Shown piece by piece: positions 28,941 to 38,862 of a stretch of DNA of 64,000 nucleotides. A program made the position numbers and the translations under genes. Under the pieces are notes generated by a model. It saw nothing but the letters and a program-made list of their open reading frames with translations. It searched no databases and was not told the origin of the DNA. Origin of the DNA: Candidatus Rifleibacterium amylolyticum (lineage in GTDB: Bacteria; Muiribacteriota; Ozemobacteria; Ozemobacterales; Ozemobacteraceae); the NCBI GenBank assembly GCA_009917695.1, contig JAACJG010000004.1, positions 211,321 to 275,320 on the forward strand. Reading direction: 5' to 3'. How positions within the stretch are numbered: the first letter of the stretch is position 1; each line of letters begins with the position of its first letter.

Positions 28941-30223
28941 ATGCGGAAGCATTGAAGGCTGCCGAAAAAGTTTTTCCCGGTGGCGTGAACAGCCCGGTTC
29001 GTGCTTTCAAATCGGTTGGTGGCAGCCCACTTTTTATCAAAAGAGCCTCCGGCAGCAGAATCTTTGATGTCGAGGGGCGCGAATATCTTGATTATGTTGG
29101 CTCGTGGGGGCCAATGATTCTCGGCCATGCCGACCCTGATGTTATCGCTGCGGTTACCCGTACCGCCGCCTCGGGTTTGAGTTTCGGTGCACCTACTGAA
29201 GCTGAGACTGAACTGGCTCATCTGGTGCGCGAAGCTTTTCCGGTTATCGAGAAAATGCGCCTGGTCAACTCAGGTACCGAAGCCACCATGTCAGCAGTTC
29301 GTCTGGCACGAGGCTTTACCGGCAGGCCACTTATCGTGAAATTTGACGGCGCCTACCACGGACACGCTGATTCGTTACTGGTTTCAGCCGGTTCTGGCGT
29401 AGCTACTCTCGCCATACCTGGTTGCCCCGGCATTCCCGAGAGTATCGCTGCCTGCACTCTTGTTTTGCCGTTCAATAATATTGCAGCTTTACAGGCCTGC
29501 TTCGAAAAGCATGCCGGTCAGATCGCCGGCGTCATTGTTGAACCGGTCTGTGGCAATATTGGTGTAGTAAACCCTGCTGACGGTTATCTCGCGGCTTTGC
29601 GCAAGCTGTGCAGCGAGCACGGCGCTCTGTTGATTTTTGACGAAGTCATGACCGGCTTCAGAAGCTGTTTCGGCGGTGTCAGCAATCTCACCGAAGTTTG
29701 CCCCGACCTGACCTGTCTCGGCAAGATCGTTGGCGGCGGTATGCCACTGGCCATCTACGGAGGCCGCGCTGAAATAATGGCGCATATCGCTCCCGATGGC
29801 CCGGTCTATCAGGCCGGAACTCTCGCTGGCAACCCGGTTGCTGTAGCTGCCGGTATTGCCACTCTCAAAAAGATCAAGTCACAGCCGCATTTTTACGAAC
29901 ATCTGCTGGCTCGCGCTGGCAAACTCGAGGCCGGCATCGCTGCCGCCGCCGCAACTGCCGGTTTCAAAGCCGTCTCAAACCGTTTCGGCTCGATGTTTAC
30001 CATGTTTTTTACCGACCAGCCGGTTGTGGATTACGCGACAGCAAAAACTTCCAATACTGCTCTGTTCGCCCGCTGGTTTCGTGGCATGCTCGCCGAAGGC
30101 GTCTATCTCGCGCCCTCACAGTTCGAGGCCGCTTTCCTCTCGGCAGCCCACAGCGACGCCGATATCCACCATACCATAGTAGCCGCCACCCACGTCTTCA
30201 AGCAGCTCGCCGCCGGGAAGTAA
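28937..30223 (+). CDS. hemL: Glutamate-1-semialdehyde 2,1-aminomutase
   Basis: PGGVNSPVRAF, NSGTEATMSAVR, FDEVMTGFR, GKIVGGGMP, YQAGTLAGNP. Confidence 0.97.
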   Translation: MNAEALKAAEKVFPGGVNSPVRAFKSVGGSPLFIKRASGSRIFDVEGREYLDYVGSWGPMILGHADPDVIAAVTRTAASGLSFGAPTEAETELAHLVREAFPVIEKMRLVNSGTEATMSAVRLARGFTGRPLIVKFDGAYHGHADSLLVSAGSGVATLAIPGCPGIPESIAACTLVLPFNNIAALQACFEKHAGQIAGVIVEPVCGNIGVVNPADGYLAALRKLCSEHGALLIFDEVMTGFRSCFGGVSNLTEVCPDLTCLGKIVGGGMPLAIYGGRAEIMAHIAPDGPVYQAGTLAGNPVAVAAGIATLKKIKSQPHFYEHLLARAGKLEAGIAAAAATAGFKAVSNRFGSMFTMFFTDQPVVDYATAKTSNTALFARWFRGMLAEGVYLAPSQFEAAFLSAAHSDADIHHTIVAATHVFKQLAAGK

Positions 30224-30258
30224 AGAAAGAGTTTATCCGCGCATAATGACTAAAAAAT

Positions 30259-30294
30259 AAAAACCCGGGCAGTTGCAGATGCGACTGCCCGGGT
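30259..30294. terminator. Terminator hairpin between convergent genes
   Basis: ACCCGGGCAGTTGC-AGAT-GCGACTGCCCGGGT with a flanking A-run. Confidence 0.75.
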
Positions 30295-30312
30295 AACTTC
30301 AAGCACATTAGA

Positions 30313-31164
30313 TCATTTGGGTTTGATTTTGACCGGGTTGGTTCGAATTGCGTAGCGCAATGGCTTGGTCGCATCAGTAGGAACATATTCAACTTCGGTT
30401 CTGATCAAATTGAAGCCGGAGTTTTCACGGTCGTATTTTACTTCACGATATTTGTGAAGCACGTTCAGTTCGTCTTTGAGAGCAAGTGCATGAACACCGA
30501 GTTTTACGGTAGTTCCAGCCTGCACTTCACAGATGAATACAGTATCAGTAGCCTGGGTTTCCGACCATGCCGGGTGGGGCTGCTTAAATGTCATGTTAAG
30601 TACTGGAATTGGATCGGTAGCAACCTCGTTGTTTTCATAGATTATGAAATCATTGGCGCTGATATCACCTTGAATATAAACTGATTTGTTGAAATGAAAA
30701 TACAACAGGTCAGTTTCGCTTATCGTTCTGTCATTGTCGAGGTCTTCCCATTCGATCTTGTTCAGTGCAAGATCTTTGACATAGTATTCGCGTATGTCAT
30801 CACTTTTTGATGAGCTCGGACCTTCGCTGTAGACAAAGCATGCATAGGGATCGAGTTTATAGTTCTTGCCCCAGGGATCAGTCGGAATAAAGGTGAGGTA
30901 ACGGCCCATCAGCCCGTTGAAGTCTTTTTCTCCGAGTGTTGGAAGAGGGTTTGCCGTGTCTGTGCCAATAATGCCGAGGTATGGCAGGTCTTCCTGAGAA
31001 TTGTGCAATACGACAGCCTGTTTAAGGGCGTCGAGGTCCTGCAACGCTTTGGAGCGCTTGCTGTCTTTGACATAGTCAGAGTAGTATGGGGTTGCCACAC
31101 CGACGAGAATGGCGATGATGACCACCACCACCAGAAGTTCAATGAGCGAGAAGCCGCGTTTCAT
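30313..31164 (-). CDS. Orphan GspG-like prepilin with C-terminal extension (same family as the 54-60 kb array)
   Basis: MKRG|FSLIELL, DPWGKNY, WEDLDNDRTISETDLLYFHF. Confidence 0.88.
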   Translation of the reverse strand: MKRGFSLIELLVVVVIIAILVGVATPYYSDYVKDSKRSKALQDLDALKQAVVLHNSQEDLPYLGIIGTDTANPLPTLGEKDFNGLMGRYLTFIPTDPWGKNYKLDPYACFVYSEGPSSSKSDDIREYYVKDLALNKIEWEDLDNDRTISETDLLYFHFNKSVYIQGDISANDFIIYENNEVATDPIPVLNMTFKQPHPAWSETQATDTVFICEVQAGTTVKLGVHALALKDELNVLHKYREVKYDRENSGFNLIRTEVEYVPTDATKPLRYAIRTNPVKIKPK

Positions 31165-31364
31165 AATCAGCACTCCTTCGAGAGGTATGCAGGAATAGAA
31201 AATTCCAATTCAGACCACTTATCGACAATATAAAGACAAAATATTATCTAAAATATCAGCTAAATCAAGGCATTTGTTATTACTCGTGCTCGTAATCGTA
31301 ATCGTTGGCCTGGCCGCGCACCATCCTGTGGCGACCATGCGTTCGCGACATCCTGTCGCTCTCG

Positions 31365-33044
31365 TTACTTCCCGCGTAACTGGTCGCGCTTGGCGCTGGC
31401 TTCGTTATCAGTATAGTAACCGTAGCGCTTGAGTTTGGTCACGCATTTGAGTGCTTCGCTCGTGTTCCCGCGCTCTTCGTAAAAATCCATCAGCTCTTCG
31501 ATGAGCTTGCGGTCTTTCTTATATTCCTTGCGGGTCAGAAGAGCCATGATCGCCACTTCACGCAGGCGGTCGTTTTCGCCGTTATAAGCAAGGTTCATGA
31601 GCTCTTCATCGCTGACACTCGAATATTTGGGGTCGATTTCTTTCTTTGTGCCGAACAGAGCCAGGTTGTCGCGGGCAAATTTGTCTTTGAGCTCTTTTTC
31701 GGTCATTTCTTTGCCATAGGCAGTGCCCGGATTAACCTTGTAATATTTTCTGAATACGGCCAGCGCCTGATTATAGTAACCTCGCTCTTCATAGAAGCGC
31801 CGCAGACCGTCGAGTGCTTCGGCATCCTCCTTGTTGCGATCTATCAGTTCGTAGTAAGTTGCTTCGATGTCAGCGTCGGTGTTGCCTGATTCCATGAGCT
31901 TCATCTCAAGCTTGCGTGATTCGAGGCGTTTCTTGGTCTCTTCGATTTCATCGAGTTCCATGCGTGCCTGATCGCCAAATTTGGGGTCGCGCCGCAGCAT
32001 GTTGAGAAAGTTTTCGGCATTGGCAAAATCTTCACCTTTGAGATAGATTTCAGCAGAACGCATAATGCCTTCAGCGAAATCCTTGTTCATGTTGTAGGCC
32101 TGCAGGTAAGACTTGATCGCTTCGTCATAGCGGCCCATGTCTTCATAGAGTCGGCCAAGCTCAAAATAGCCAGTTGCCGGGTCGGCGTTCTTGCGAATCT
32201 CCTTTTTGTATTCGGCAATTGCTTCTTCGACTTTGCCACTCTTTTCTAGATTACGCGCGAGGTCATAACCTATGAGCTCTTTGATTTCCGGGTCGCGGCG
32301 ACCGAGTTTGCGTGCAGTTTCATAATGTTCCGCGGCTTTATCGGCGTTTTGTACGCTTTCGTAAGCTCTGGCCAGCAGCCAGTGCGTTTCGGCATGTTTC
32401 TGGTCAAAGAGCAGGGCCTGCTCAAGAATCTCGATTGCTTCGCGGGCAGAATCGAGATCAATGAGCACAGCGCCGAGACCGCGTAACACGTCGGGATTGT
32501 CGGGCTGTGCCTGCCTGGCCTGTGTCAACATTTCTCGGGCATCTTTAAGGTTTCCCTGCTCGAGCTGATACATACCGAGGCGTGACAGTGCTTTGCCGTT
32601 GCCGGGTTCGAGCGCAAGTGCGCTTTCGTAATGCTCTATCGCCTCGTCAGATTTATTGCGGGCATCGAGCAGCTCACCCATGCGCACATGAATGTCAGCT
32701 GACTTGGGGAAGCCGAGCAGCGCAGTTTCGAAATGGCGCAGAGCCTGGGTGGGCGAGCCTTCCTGCGAGATCATGATGCCAAGATAATAGTGCGCCATAA
32801 ACTCCTCTGGCGATTTACGCACTATTGCCCGCAGCGACTTGATTACTTCAGCTTTTTCCTTTTTATTGCCAATCTGAAAATCGCGCCAGGCTTTGTCGTA
32901 AAAAGCTTCTGATATCTGCACCGGTTCAGGCGCCAGCGGGATCTTTTTGCGGCGCACAGCGGCAGATAGATCGGAGGCTGCAAAAATGCAGCAGAGCGCA
33001 AAGCTCAGTATCAGCAGTTCCGACAGTCTGGTTCTGGTCTTCAT
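31365..33044 (-). CDS. Exported TPR protein
   Basis: Signal peptide; multiple TPRs (AHYYLG, AIEHYESALALEP). Confidence 0.85.
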   Translation of the reverse strand: MKTRTRLSELLILSFALCCIFAASDLSAAVRRKKIPLAPEPVQISEAFYDKAWRDFQIGNKKEKAEVIKSLRAIVRKSPEEFMAHYYLGIMISQEGSPTQALRHFETALLGFPKSADIHVRMGELLDARNKSDEAIEHYESALALEPGNGKALSRLGMYQLEQGNLKDAREMLTQARQAQPDNPDVLRGLGAVLIDLDSAREAIEILEQALLFDQKHAETHWLLARAYESVQNADKAAEHYETARKLGRRDPEIKELIGYDLARNLEKSGKVEEAIAEYKKEIRKNADPATGYFELGRLYEDMGRYDEAIKSYLQAYNMNKDFAEGIMRSAEIYLKGEDFANAENFLNMLRRDPKFGDQARMELDEIEETKKRLESRKLEMKLMESGNTDADIEATYYELIDRNKEDAEALDGLRRFYEERGYYNQALAVFRKYYKVNPGTAYGKEMTEKELKDKFARDNLALFGTKKEIDPKYSSVSDEELMNLAYNGENDRLREVAIMALLTRKEYKKDRKLIEELMDFYEERGNTSEALKCVTKLKRYGYYTDNEASAKRDQLRGK

Positions 33045-33170
33045 AATTACTCCTTATGCTCGTCATAGTAACCACCTGTTACCATGGTATACAGACAAGC
33101 AGTATTTAAGCTAAAAGTAACACGCCTTTCCTGCGAATGCAAAGAAAGGCGTGAAATGATGGCGAAGCAG

Positions 33171-33623
33171 TTACAGACTGGCCGGACCCTGCAGCAATAC
33201 TCTGGCGCCTGAAATCACTGAATAGAGAGCGACAATCAGGCTGAAATAGAAGAGGTAAAAGTGAAAACGTCTGATGTTTGCCTGAGCTTTCGCTTTCTTC
33301 GGGTTCTTGATCGACTTGCCGACGAACATGTTAGCCAGCAGTATGCCAAGAAGAATGGCGCCGGCAAAGCCGTGCCCGTAGGTGCGCTGAAAGATTTCCT
33401 TTACGCCCAGAAACTGAACCAGGCTGAAGATGCCGCCGAGAAGACCGACGAAGATCAGGCCGGTGATCAGCTTGCTCAGCTTCAGGTGCTGCTGAAGAAT
33501 TAGATCGTGCTGATCTGCTTCGGGTGATTTGGGGTTGATGGCCAGTGCCTGTTTGCCGAGGCGATGAATGTGGATCACGGCGGCAAGCAGAGCCAGCATG
33601 AAGATTGGGTGCAAATACTGCAT
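33171..33623 (-). CDS. Four-TM membrane protein with His residues (DUF4079-like, possibly heme b-binding)
   Basis: LHP at the N-terminus, HG and RRFH in or next to TM helices. Confidence 0.6.
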   Translation of the reverse strand: MQYLHPIFMLALLAAVIHIHRLGKQALAINPKSPEADQHDLILQQHLKLSKLITGLIFVGLLGGIFSLVQFLGVKEIFQRTYGHGFAGAILLGILLANMFVGKSIKNPKKAKAQANIRRFHFYLFYFSLIVALYSVISGARVLLQGPASL

Positions 33624-33637
33624 AGCTGAACTCCTGC

Positions 33638-35686
33638 TTAAAGTTTGAATTTTCCAATATCGAAGTCGTCGAGATCGAATGGGTCTTTGGCCGGTTTTTT
33701 GCCGCCCTTGGGCTTCTCTTCGACCGGGCTGTCGAGATCGATAATGTTGTCGAGGTTGAACGGGTTATCATCAACTGGCGCGGCAGGTTTCCCTGCTGCC
33801 GGCTTTTTGCCGCCTGCCGCCGGTTTGGCTGGCGCTGCCGGTGCGGCCGGCTGGTCGTCACTCGGGAATACCTCAAGAACGTCGAGATCAAGGTCAAGAC
33901 TGGCAAACGGGTCTTTGCCGCCTTCTCCGCCAGGACTGCCGGTGCCGAGACCAAGATCCGCCTCAGAGAACAGCGCTGCAAATGGATCTTTGCTTTCTTT
34001 GCCGGTCGAAGTTTTCGGCTTCATCGGCGGCAGCGGAGTATCGTCGTCTTCGAAGCCGGTAGCTTCATCAGCCGGTTTCATCGGTGGCAACGGCGTGTCG
34101 TCAAGGCTGGCAAAGGGGTCGGGTTCTTTGGCCGGCGCTGGCTTTGCCGGGGCGGGTCTGGGCGCTGGCGCCGGTTTGGCTGGCTGCGTCGGTTTCGCTT
34201 CCGGCTTCATTGGTGGCAGCAGGTCGGCCAGGTCGTCGGCAAATTCATCGGCAGCCGGCGCGGCGGCTGGCTGTGGAGGCTGCTTCGGCGCGGCCGGCGC
34301 TGGTTTCATCGGCGGCAGCAGGTCGGAAAGGTCATCGAGTGGCAACTCCGGCTCTGGCGAGGCTTCTGCCGGCGCCGAAAAGTTGTCGAGTGAATCGAGA
34401 TTGATGTCAGGCACTCCCGCGTCAGCTGTCGTAGATGACTGATTGGCAGCATTCTGAGCAAGTGTTTCGTCTGATGTCTCTTTTCCTGACTGGCTGAGAT
34501 TATCGATCAACGAGCCGAACAGATCGTCGCCGAGACCCTCTTGCTTCATGAAATCAGGCGTTGGCACGGCCGGCGATCCTGATTCAGCTGGAGTGGGCGC
34601 AGTTGCGGTCACTGCTGGCGCATCCAGGTCAAGATTGAGATTGTCTAAATTCATGCTCTCATCGACAGCTTCAGGGGGGGGCGGTGGAGCAGCCGGCCTG
34701 GGCGCAGGAGCAGGTTTAGCCGGAGCCGGTTTTGGCGGCGCGGCAGCCGGATGAACCGGCCTGGCAGGCGTAATCGCCGGCTTTTCAGCAGGTTTTGCCG
34801 CCGGGAAAGCCGGAGAACTGTCATCTTCATTCTGTGTCTGGACAGGTCGTTCTGAAACTGCTGGCTTAGCCATGTTTTCAGCTGGTCTGGCCGGAGCTGC
34901 CGGCATGGGAGGTGCAGCGGGGGCAGGCTTTGTCGTTGGCGCCGCCGGGCTGGACGGCATTGCCGTCTTTGTCGTTGCTGGCTGTGGAACGACTGGGGCT
35001 ACCGGTGTGACCGGCCTGGCTGGAGTTGCTGGCGCGGCCGGAATTGCCGGAGAAATTGGCGCCGGAGTAGCAGGAATTGGTTGAACTTGGCCGGTCGGCG
35101 GAAACGCCGGGGCTTGCGGCGCTGAGATTACTGGTGGCGCAGCGGCAACAGGTGCCGGTATTGGAGCCGGTTCTTTCTTTAAACCAATATTGGCAGGCGC
35201 GGAAGGCGTGGCCATTGGTTTTCGTTTTATAATAGGTTTGACTGGCGGAATCGGGCGGCGCGGGCGGCCTGAGCCTTTTGCCGATGCGGCCAGCGGTTTC
35301 CCGCAACAGGGGCAGAATCTGATGACCATGTCGCATTCATCGCAATAGAGGCCATCGCCGCTGGCGATGTTGGAGGCTGATGTGCCTGAAGCTGATGCCT
35401 GCGGCTGATTAGATGATTCCCAGGTGCCGCTTTCGCCTTTGCTCCAGTTGTCAAGTTCAAAGACGAGGTCTTTGACTCCGGCAACCTTTCTGATACTGGA
35501 TTCAATGAATTTGAGCTCAATAGCGATTTCGTCGACGGTTTTTTCGATGCCGACAAAGGCAAGTTCACCCTGCAGGGTGACGACCCCGGCATTTACCGGA
35601 AATTTTATTTTGCCGAGATCGACTCGCCGCCCAGCCAGTTCACGTCTGACGGCAGCTCCGATCCCAAGGTCAGTGGCCTCCTTCAA
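33638..35686 (-). CDS. BON-like + zinc-ribbon protein with a long Pro/Ala/acidic disordered tail
   Basis: GVVTLQGE (BON-like), CDEC...CPCCG, repeated LPPMKP and DPF motifs; GGAGG before TTG. Confidence 0.75.
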   Translation of the reverse strand: MKEATDLGIGAAVRRELAGRRVDLGKIKFPVNAGVVTLQGELAFVGIEKTVDEIAIELKFIESSIRKVAGVKDLVFELDNWSKGESGTWESSNQPQASASGTSASNIASGDGLYCDECDMVIRFCPCCGKPLAASAKGSGRPRRPIPPVKPIIKRKPMATPSAPANIGLKKEPAPIPAPVAAAPPVISAPQAPAFPPTGQVQPIPATPAPISPAIPAAPATPARPVTPVAPVVPQPATTKTAMPSSPAAPTTKPAPAAPPMPAAPARPAENMAKPAVSERPVQTQNEDDSSPAFPAAKPAEKPAITPARPVHPAAAPPKPAPAKPAPAPRPAAPPPPPEAVDESMNLDNLNLDLDAPAVTATAPTPAESGSPAVPTPDFMKQEGLGDDLFGSLIDNLSQSGKETSDETLAQNAANQSSTTADAGVPDINLDSLDNFSAPAEASPEPELPLDDLSDLLPPMKPAPAAPKQPPQPAAAPAADEFADDLADLLPPMKPEAKPTQPAKPAPAPRPAPAKPAPAKEPDPFASLDDTPLPPMKPADEATGFEDDDTPLPPMKPKTSTGKESKDPFAALFSEADLGLGTGSPGGEGGKDPFASLDLDLDVLEVFPSDDQPAAPAAPAKPAAGGKKPAAGKPAAPVDDNPFNLDNIIDLDSPVEEKPKGGKKPAKDPFDLDDFDIGKFKL

Positions 35687-35811
35687 TTTTGGCCTCCAGT
35701 TCTCAAGTCAGTTGAATATAGAGTCGCACGGCAAATTCTAGATTTGCACAATTCATTTTAAGAATCGGCAAAGTCGTGAAAATTTCTTAATCTTATCTGC
35801 ACATAAAAGAA

Positions 35812-36777
35812 TTATAGCGCAAAGGCTGCGCTAAATTCAGCAACATTCTTAAAGACAGTGGCGCGTTGTGCGGGGTCGGCAAGGTTGAAAAGCGGCGGGC
35901 CAGGCCGGCGTCTCAGCCATGTTTCCTGGCGCTTGGCATATTGCCGGGTATGAATTACGATTGCTTCGCGGGTTGCCGTTAGGTCAGCCTTGCCGTCGAG
36001 CAGATCGAACCATTCACTGTAACCAATAGAATTGAGGCCGGGCGCCTGTCTGCCGTATTTGTCGATGAGTCCGCGTACCTCGTTTTCCAGCCCAGCTGCA
36101 ATCATTTCGTCAACCCGCCGCCCAATTGCTTTGTGAAGTTCATCGCGCGGGCGAGTTACGACTACTGGCATAAATAGCGCTTCTGGCAGCGGTGATACGC
36201 GTTTGTTCTCAGCAAGTGGCCGCCCGGTGTTCGTTACAATCTCTATTGCCCGCAGAACGCGCCGTGGATTATTGACATCTATCTGGCTGGAAGCAGCAGG
36301 GTCGAGTCTTTGCAGCTGATCGAGCATAGCGGCGAGGCCTTTTGTCTGCAATTCCTGCTGCAGGCGCTGTGACAGCTCAATGTCATTGCCGGCAGCACCG
36401 AGGCCTTCGGCGAGCGCATCATAATAAAAGCCAGTGCCGCCGACCAGCAGTGGAATTTTTGCGCGTTGCCATATCTGTCTGATGGTCTTCGCAGCCGATT
36501 CGGCATATTCGGCGGCACTGAACGACCGGTCTGGCGCTATTATGCTGAAGAGATGATGCGGCGCCTGCGCCATCTCAGACTGAGTCGGGTGAGCAGTTCC
36601 GATCAGCATTTCGCTGTAAATCTGCCGCGAATCACAGTTGACTATTTCACAGCCGTGCCTGGCGGCAATTTCAAGCGCCAGACCGGTCTTGCCTGACGCC
36701 GTCGGCCCCAGCACCGCCATAACGGGCATTTTCTCAGCGCTTCGTGTTGCTGATTCTCTATCAAATTTGCATTGCAT
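35812..36777 (-). CDS. miaA: tRNA dimethylallyltransferase (start may be 36729)
   Basis: GPTASGKT, DSRQIY, VGGTGFY, TRQYAKRQETW. Confidence 0.95.
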   Translation of the reverse strand: MQCKFDRESATRSAEKMPVMAVLGPTASGKTGLALEIAARHGCEIVNCDSRQIYSEMLIGTAHPTQSEMAQAPHHLFSIIAPDRSFSAAEYAESAAKTIRQIWQRAKIPLLVGGTGFYYDALAEGLGAAGNDIELSQRLQQELQTKGLAAMLDQLQRLDPAASSQIDVNNPRRVLRAIEIVTNTGRPLAENKRVSPLPEALFMPVVVTRPRDELHKAIGRRVDEMIAAGLENEVRGLIDKYGRQAPGLNSIGYSEWFDLLDGKADLTATREAIVIHTRQYAKRQETWLRRRPGPPLFNLADPAQRATVFKNVAEFSAAFAL

Positions 36778-36894
36778 GATTAAATCTCTTAAATTCTCAA
36801 CAAGTTCAGCAGTAAAAGTAAGGGCGCAGGCAGGTCTTTATAATCACTATTCTCAAAGACTAGTCCACGGTCACATAAGAGTTCACGGTTCAAA

Positions 36895-36965
36895 GTCATT
36901 GCGAGCGAAGCGAAGCAATCCTTCTACTAATAGGATTGCTTCGTCGCTACGCTCCTCGCAATGAC
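36895..36965. repeat. REP-like long palindrome (GTCATTGCGAG family); half copy at 59765-59800
   Basis: GTCATTGCGAGCGAAGCGAAGCAATCCT ... AGGATTGCTTCGTCGCTACGCTCCTCGCAATGAC. Confidence 0.85.
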
Positions 36966-36999
36966 TGTTTTTAAACACACGTTCAAATTTGACAAAGCA

Positions 37000-38853
37000 C
37001 TAAGTGCGCAGAAAGCCGGTTTCGATCTGGCGGGTGGTCAGCCTGATCACGATCGGGCGACCATGCGGACAGGTAAAGGGATTTTCGGTTTTGAGCAGCT
37101 GTTCAAGCAGGCTGTTCCATTCAGACTCGTCAAGCTTGTTGCCCGCTTTTACCGCGGCTTTGCACGCCATCATCTTGAGCAGGTCAGTTTTGATTTCACG
37201 AATAGAGCGGCTTTCCCAGCCGTTCAATACCTGTCCGAGAACGTCCTGCAGGCTTTCGCCATCGTTGTTCTGCTTTTCCGATACCGGAAACGCGGTGGCA
37301 TAATACTGGCCGTCGTCTTCCTGCTGTATCGTGAAACCAAGTTCTTTGAGCTCGGTGAGGTGATCTTTGATCACCATGCGCTCTGAAGGCAGAAGCTTGA
37401 GTGGCACCGGAAACAGCAGTGGCTGTGCAGCTATCGGCATGTCGCGATAAGTCGCTGTATACTGGTCGAAGAGAATACGTTCGTGTGCCGCGTGCTGATC
37501 GATGATGAACAGCCCTTTATCGTCTTCGCCGAGCAGATATGAATTTTTCAGCTGCGCCAGAATACGCGGGTGTTCTAGGGTAGACACCGGTTCGAATGCG
37601 CTTGCCGGCGCGGCTGAATGTGGTCCCAGTCGCTCACTGCTGATGTCTCTGATTTCGTAGAGTCGTTCTTCGTTGCCGGCCGGTGTCCTGATTGGCTGCA
37701 TTTCAGGTGGGGGTGTAAAAATAGATGGGGCGGCAGTCGGCGAGGCTTTTATCGTGCCGGTATCAGTAGTTGCTTCGGCTTCATATTCTGGCAGATCCGG
37801 AGTGACAAGTCCACTTTGCATTGTCGTCGCTGGCGCAGAAGCCATGCGCAGGCCTGAAAGGCTGGCCTGGACGGTTTCCCAGATTGTCGAAAAGACCCAG
37901 CGCTCATCTTTGAAGCGAATCTCAGTTTTTTGTGGATGCACGTTTACATCGATCATAGCAGGCGGTACGCGCAGATCGAGAATCAGCACAGGGTAGCGCC
38001 CCTTCGGGAAAAACGCCGAAATTGCCTTGTTGATCGCCTGTGTAAGTAGTTTCGTTTTAACGACGCGCCGATTGACCAGCGTGGTCATGTAACGCGCCGC
38101 ATTGCGCGGCTGGTTTGGCGGTGAAATGAAGCCGCGCAGCGACATGCCGCCCTGCGCTATGCTCGTCGGTTCTTTGAGGGCGATCAGGTCGCGGGTGACT
38201 TCGGGGCCGTAAACAGCAAGAATGGCATCACTTAGGTTGCCTGAGCCATTGGTGGCGGCGACAAGAACGTTGCTGTTGGTGAATTTGAAAGCAATTTCCG
38301 GGTAGCCCATCATGTAATGACAGACGATGTCAGATATTTGCGCCATCTCAGCCGCGACGCTCTTGAGAAACTTGCGTCGGGCCGGAACGTTGTAGAACAG
38401 GTTTTTTACCTGTATGCGGGTGCCACGCGGAAACGAGTCGCTGTCAACGCTGGCTACCCGCCCGCCGTCGAGAGTGACGCGGGTGGCGGCGGTTTCGCTT
38501 TCATGTCGGGTGATCAGGCTGACGCGGGCTACCGAAGCAATAGTTGGCAGTGCTTCACCGCGAAAGCCAAGCGAAGCAATGTTTTCTAGTTCGGCGTCGT
38601 CGACGAGCTTGCTGGTTGCATGCGGAGTGAAAGCAAGCACTGCATCCTGGCTGGTCATGCCTTCACCGTTGTCGGTGATCTCGATGAGTTTCTGGCCGCC
38701 CTCTTTAATCTCGATCTCGATGCGGCTGGCTTTGGCGTCAATCGCGTTTTCTATAAGTTCCTTAACCACCGAGGCCGGCCGTTCGACCACTTCGCCGGCA
38801 GCGATGCGGCAGATAATGTCTTCAGACAGGATTTTTATCTTTCCGGTTGTCAT
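37000..38853 (-). CDS. mutL: DNA mismatch repair endonuclease MutL
   Basis: IAAGEVVERPASVVKELIEN, GFRGEAL, DQHAAHERILF, ACK, CPHGRP. Confidence 0.97.
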   Translation of the reverse strand: MTTGKIKILSEDIICRIAAGEVVERPASVVKELIENAIDAKASRIEIEIKEGGQKLIEITDNGEGMTSQDAVLAFTPHATSKLVDDAELENIASLGFRGEALPTIASVARVSLITRHESETAATRVTLDGGRVASVDSDSFPRGTRIQVKNLFYNVPARRKFLKSVAAEMAQISDIVCHYMMGYPEIAFKFTNSNVLVAATNGSGNLSDAILAVYGPEVTRDLIALKEPTSIAQGGMSLRGFISPPNQPRNAARYMTTLVNRRVVKTKLLTQAINKAISAFFPKGRYPVLILDLRVPPAMIDVNVHPQKTEIRFKDERWVFSTIWETVQASLSGLRMASAPATTMQSGLVTPDLPEYEAEATTDTGTIKASPTAAPSIFTPPPEMQPIRTPAGNEERLYEIRDISSERLGPHSAAPASAFEPVSTLEHPRILAQLKNSYLLGEDDKGLFIIDQHAAHERILFDQYTATYRDMPIAAQPLLFPVPLKLLPSERMVIKDHLTELKELGFTIQQEDDGQYYATAFPVSEKQNNDGESLQDVLGQVLNGWESRSIREIKTDLLKMMACKAAVKAGNKLDESEWNSLLEQLLKTENPFTCPHGRPIVIRLTTRQIETGFLRT

Positions 38854-38862
38854 GCAGTCTCC

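Noticed and set aside
33645-34442. 265-aa plus-strand ORF
   Set aside because: Antisense shadow of the Pro/Ala-rich gene; low complexity and no SD
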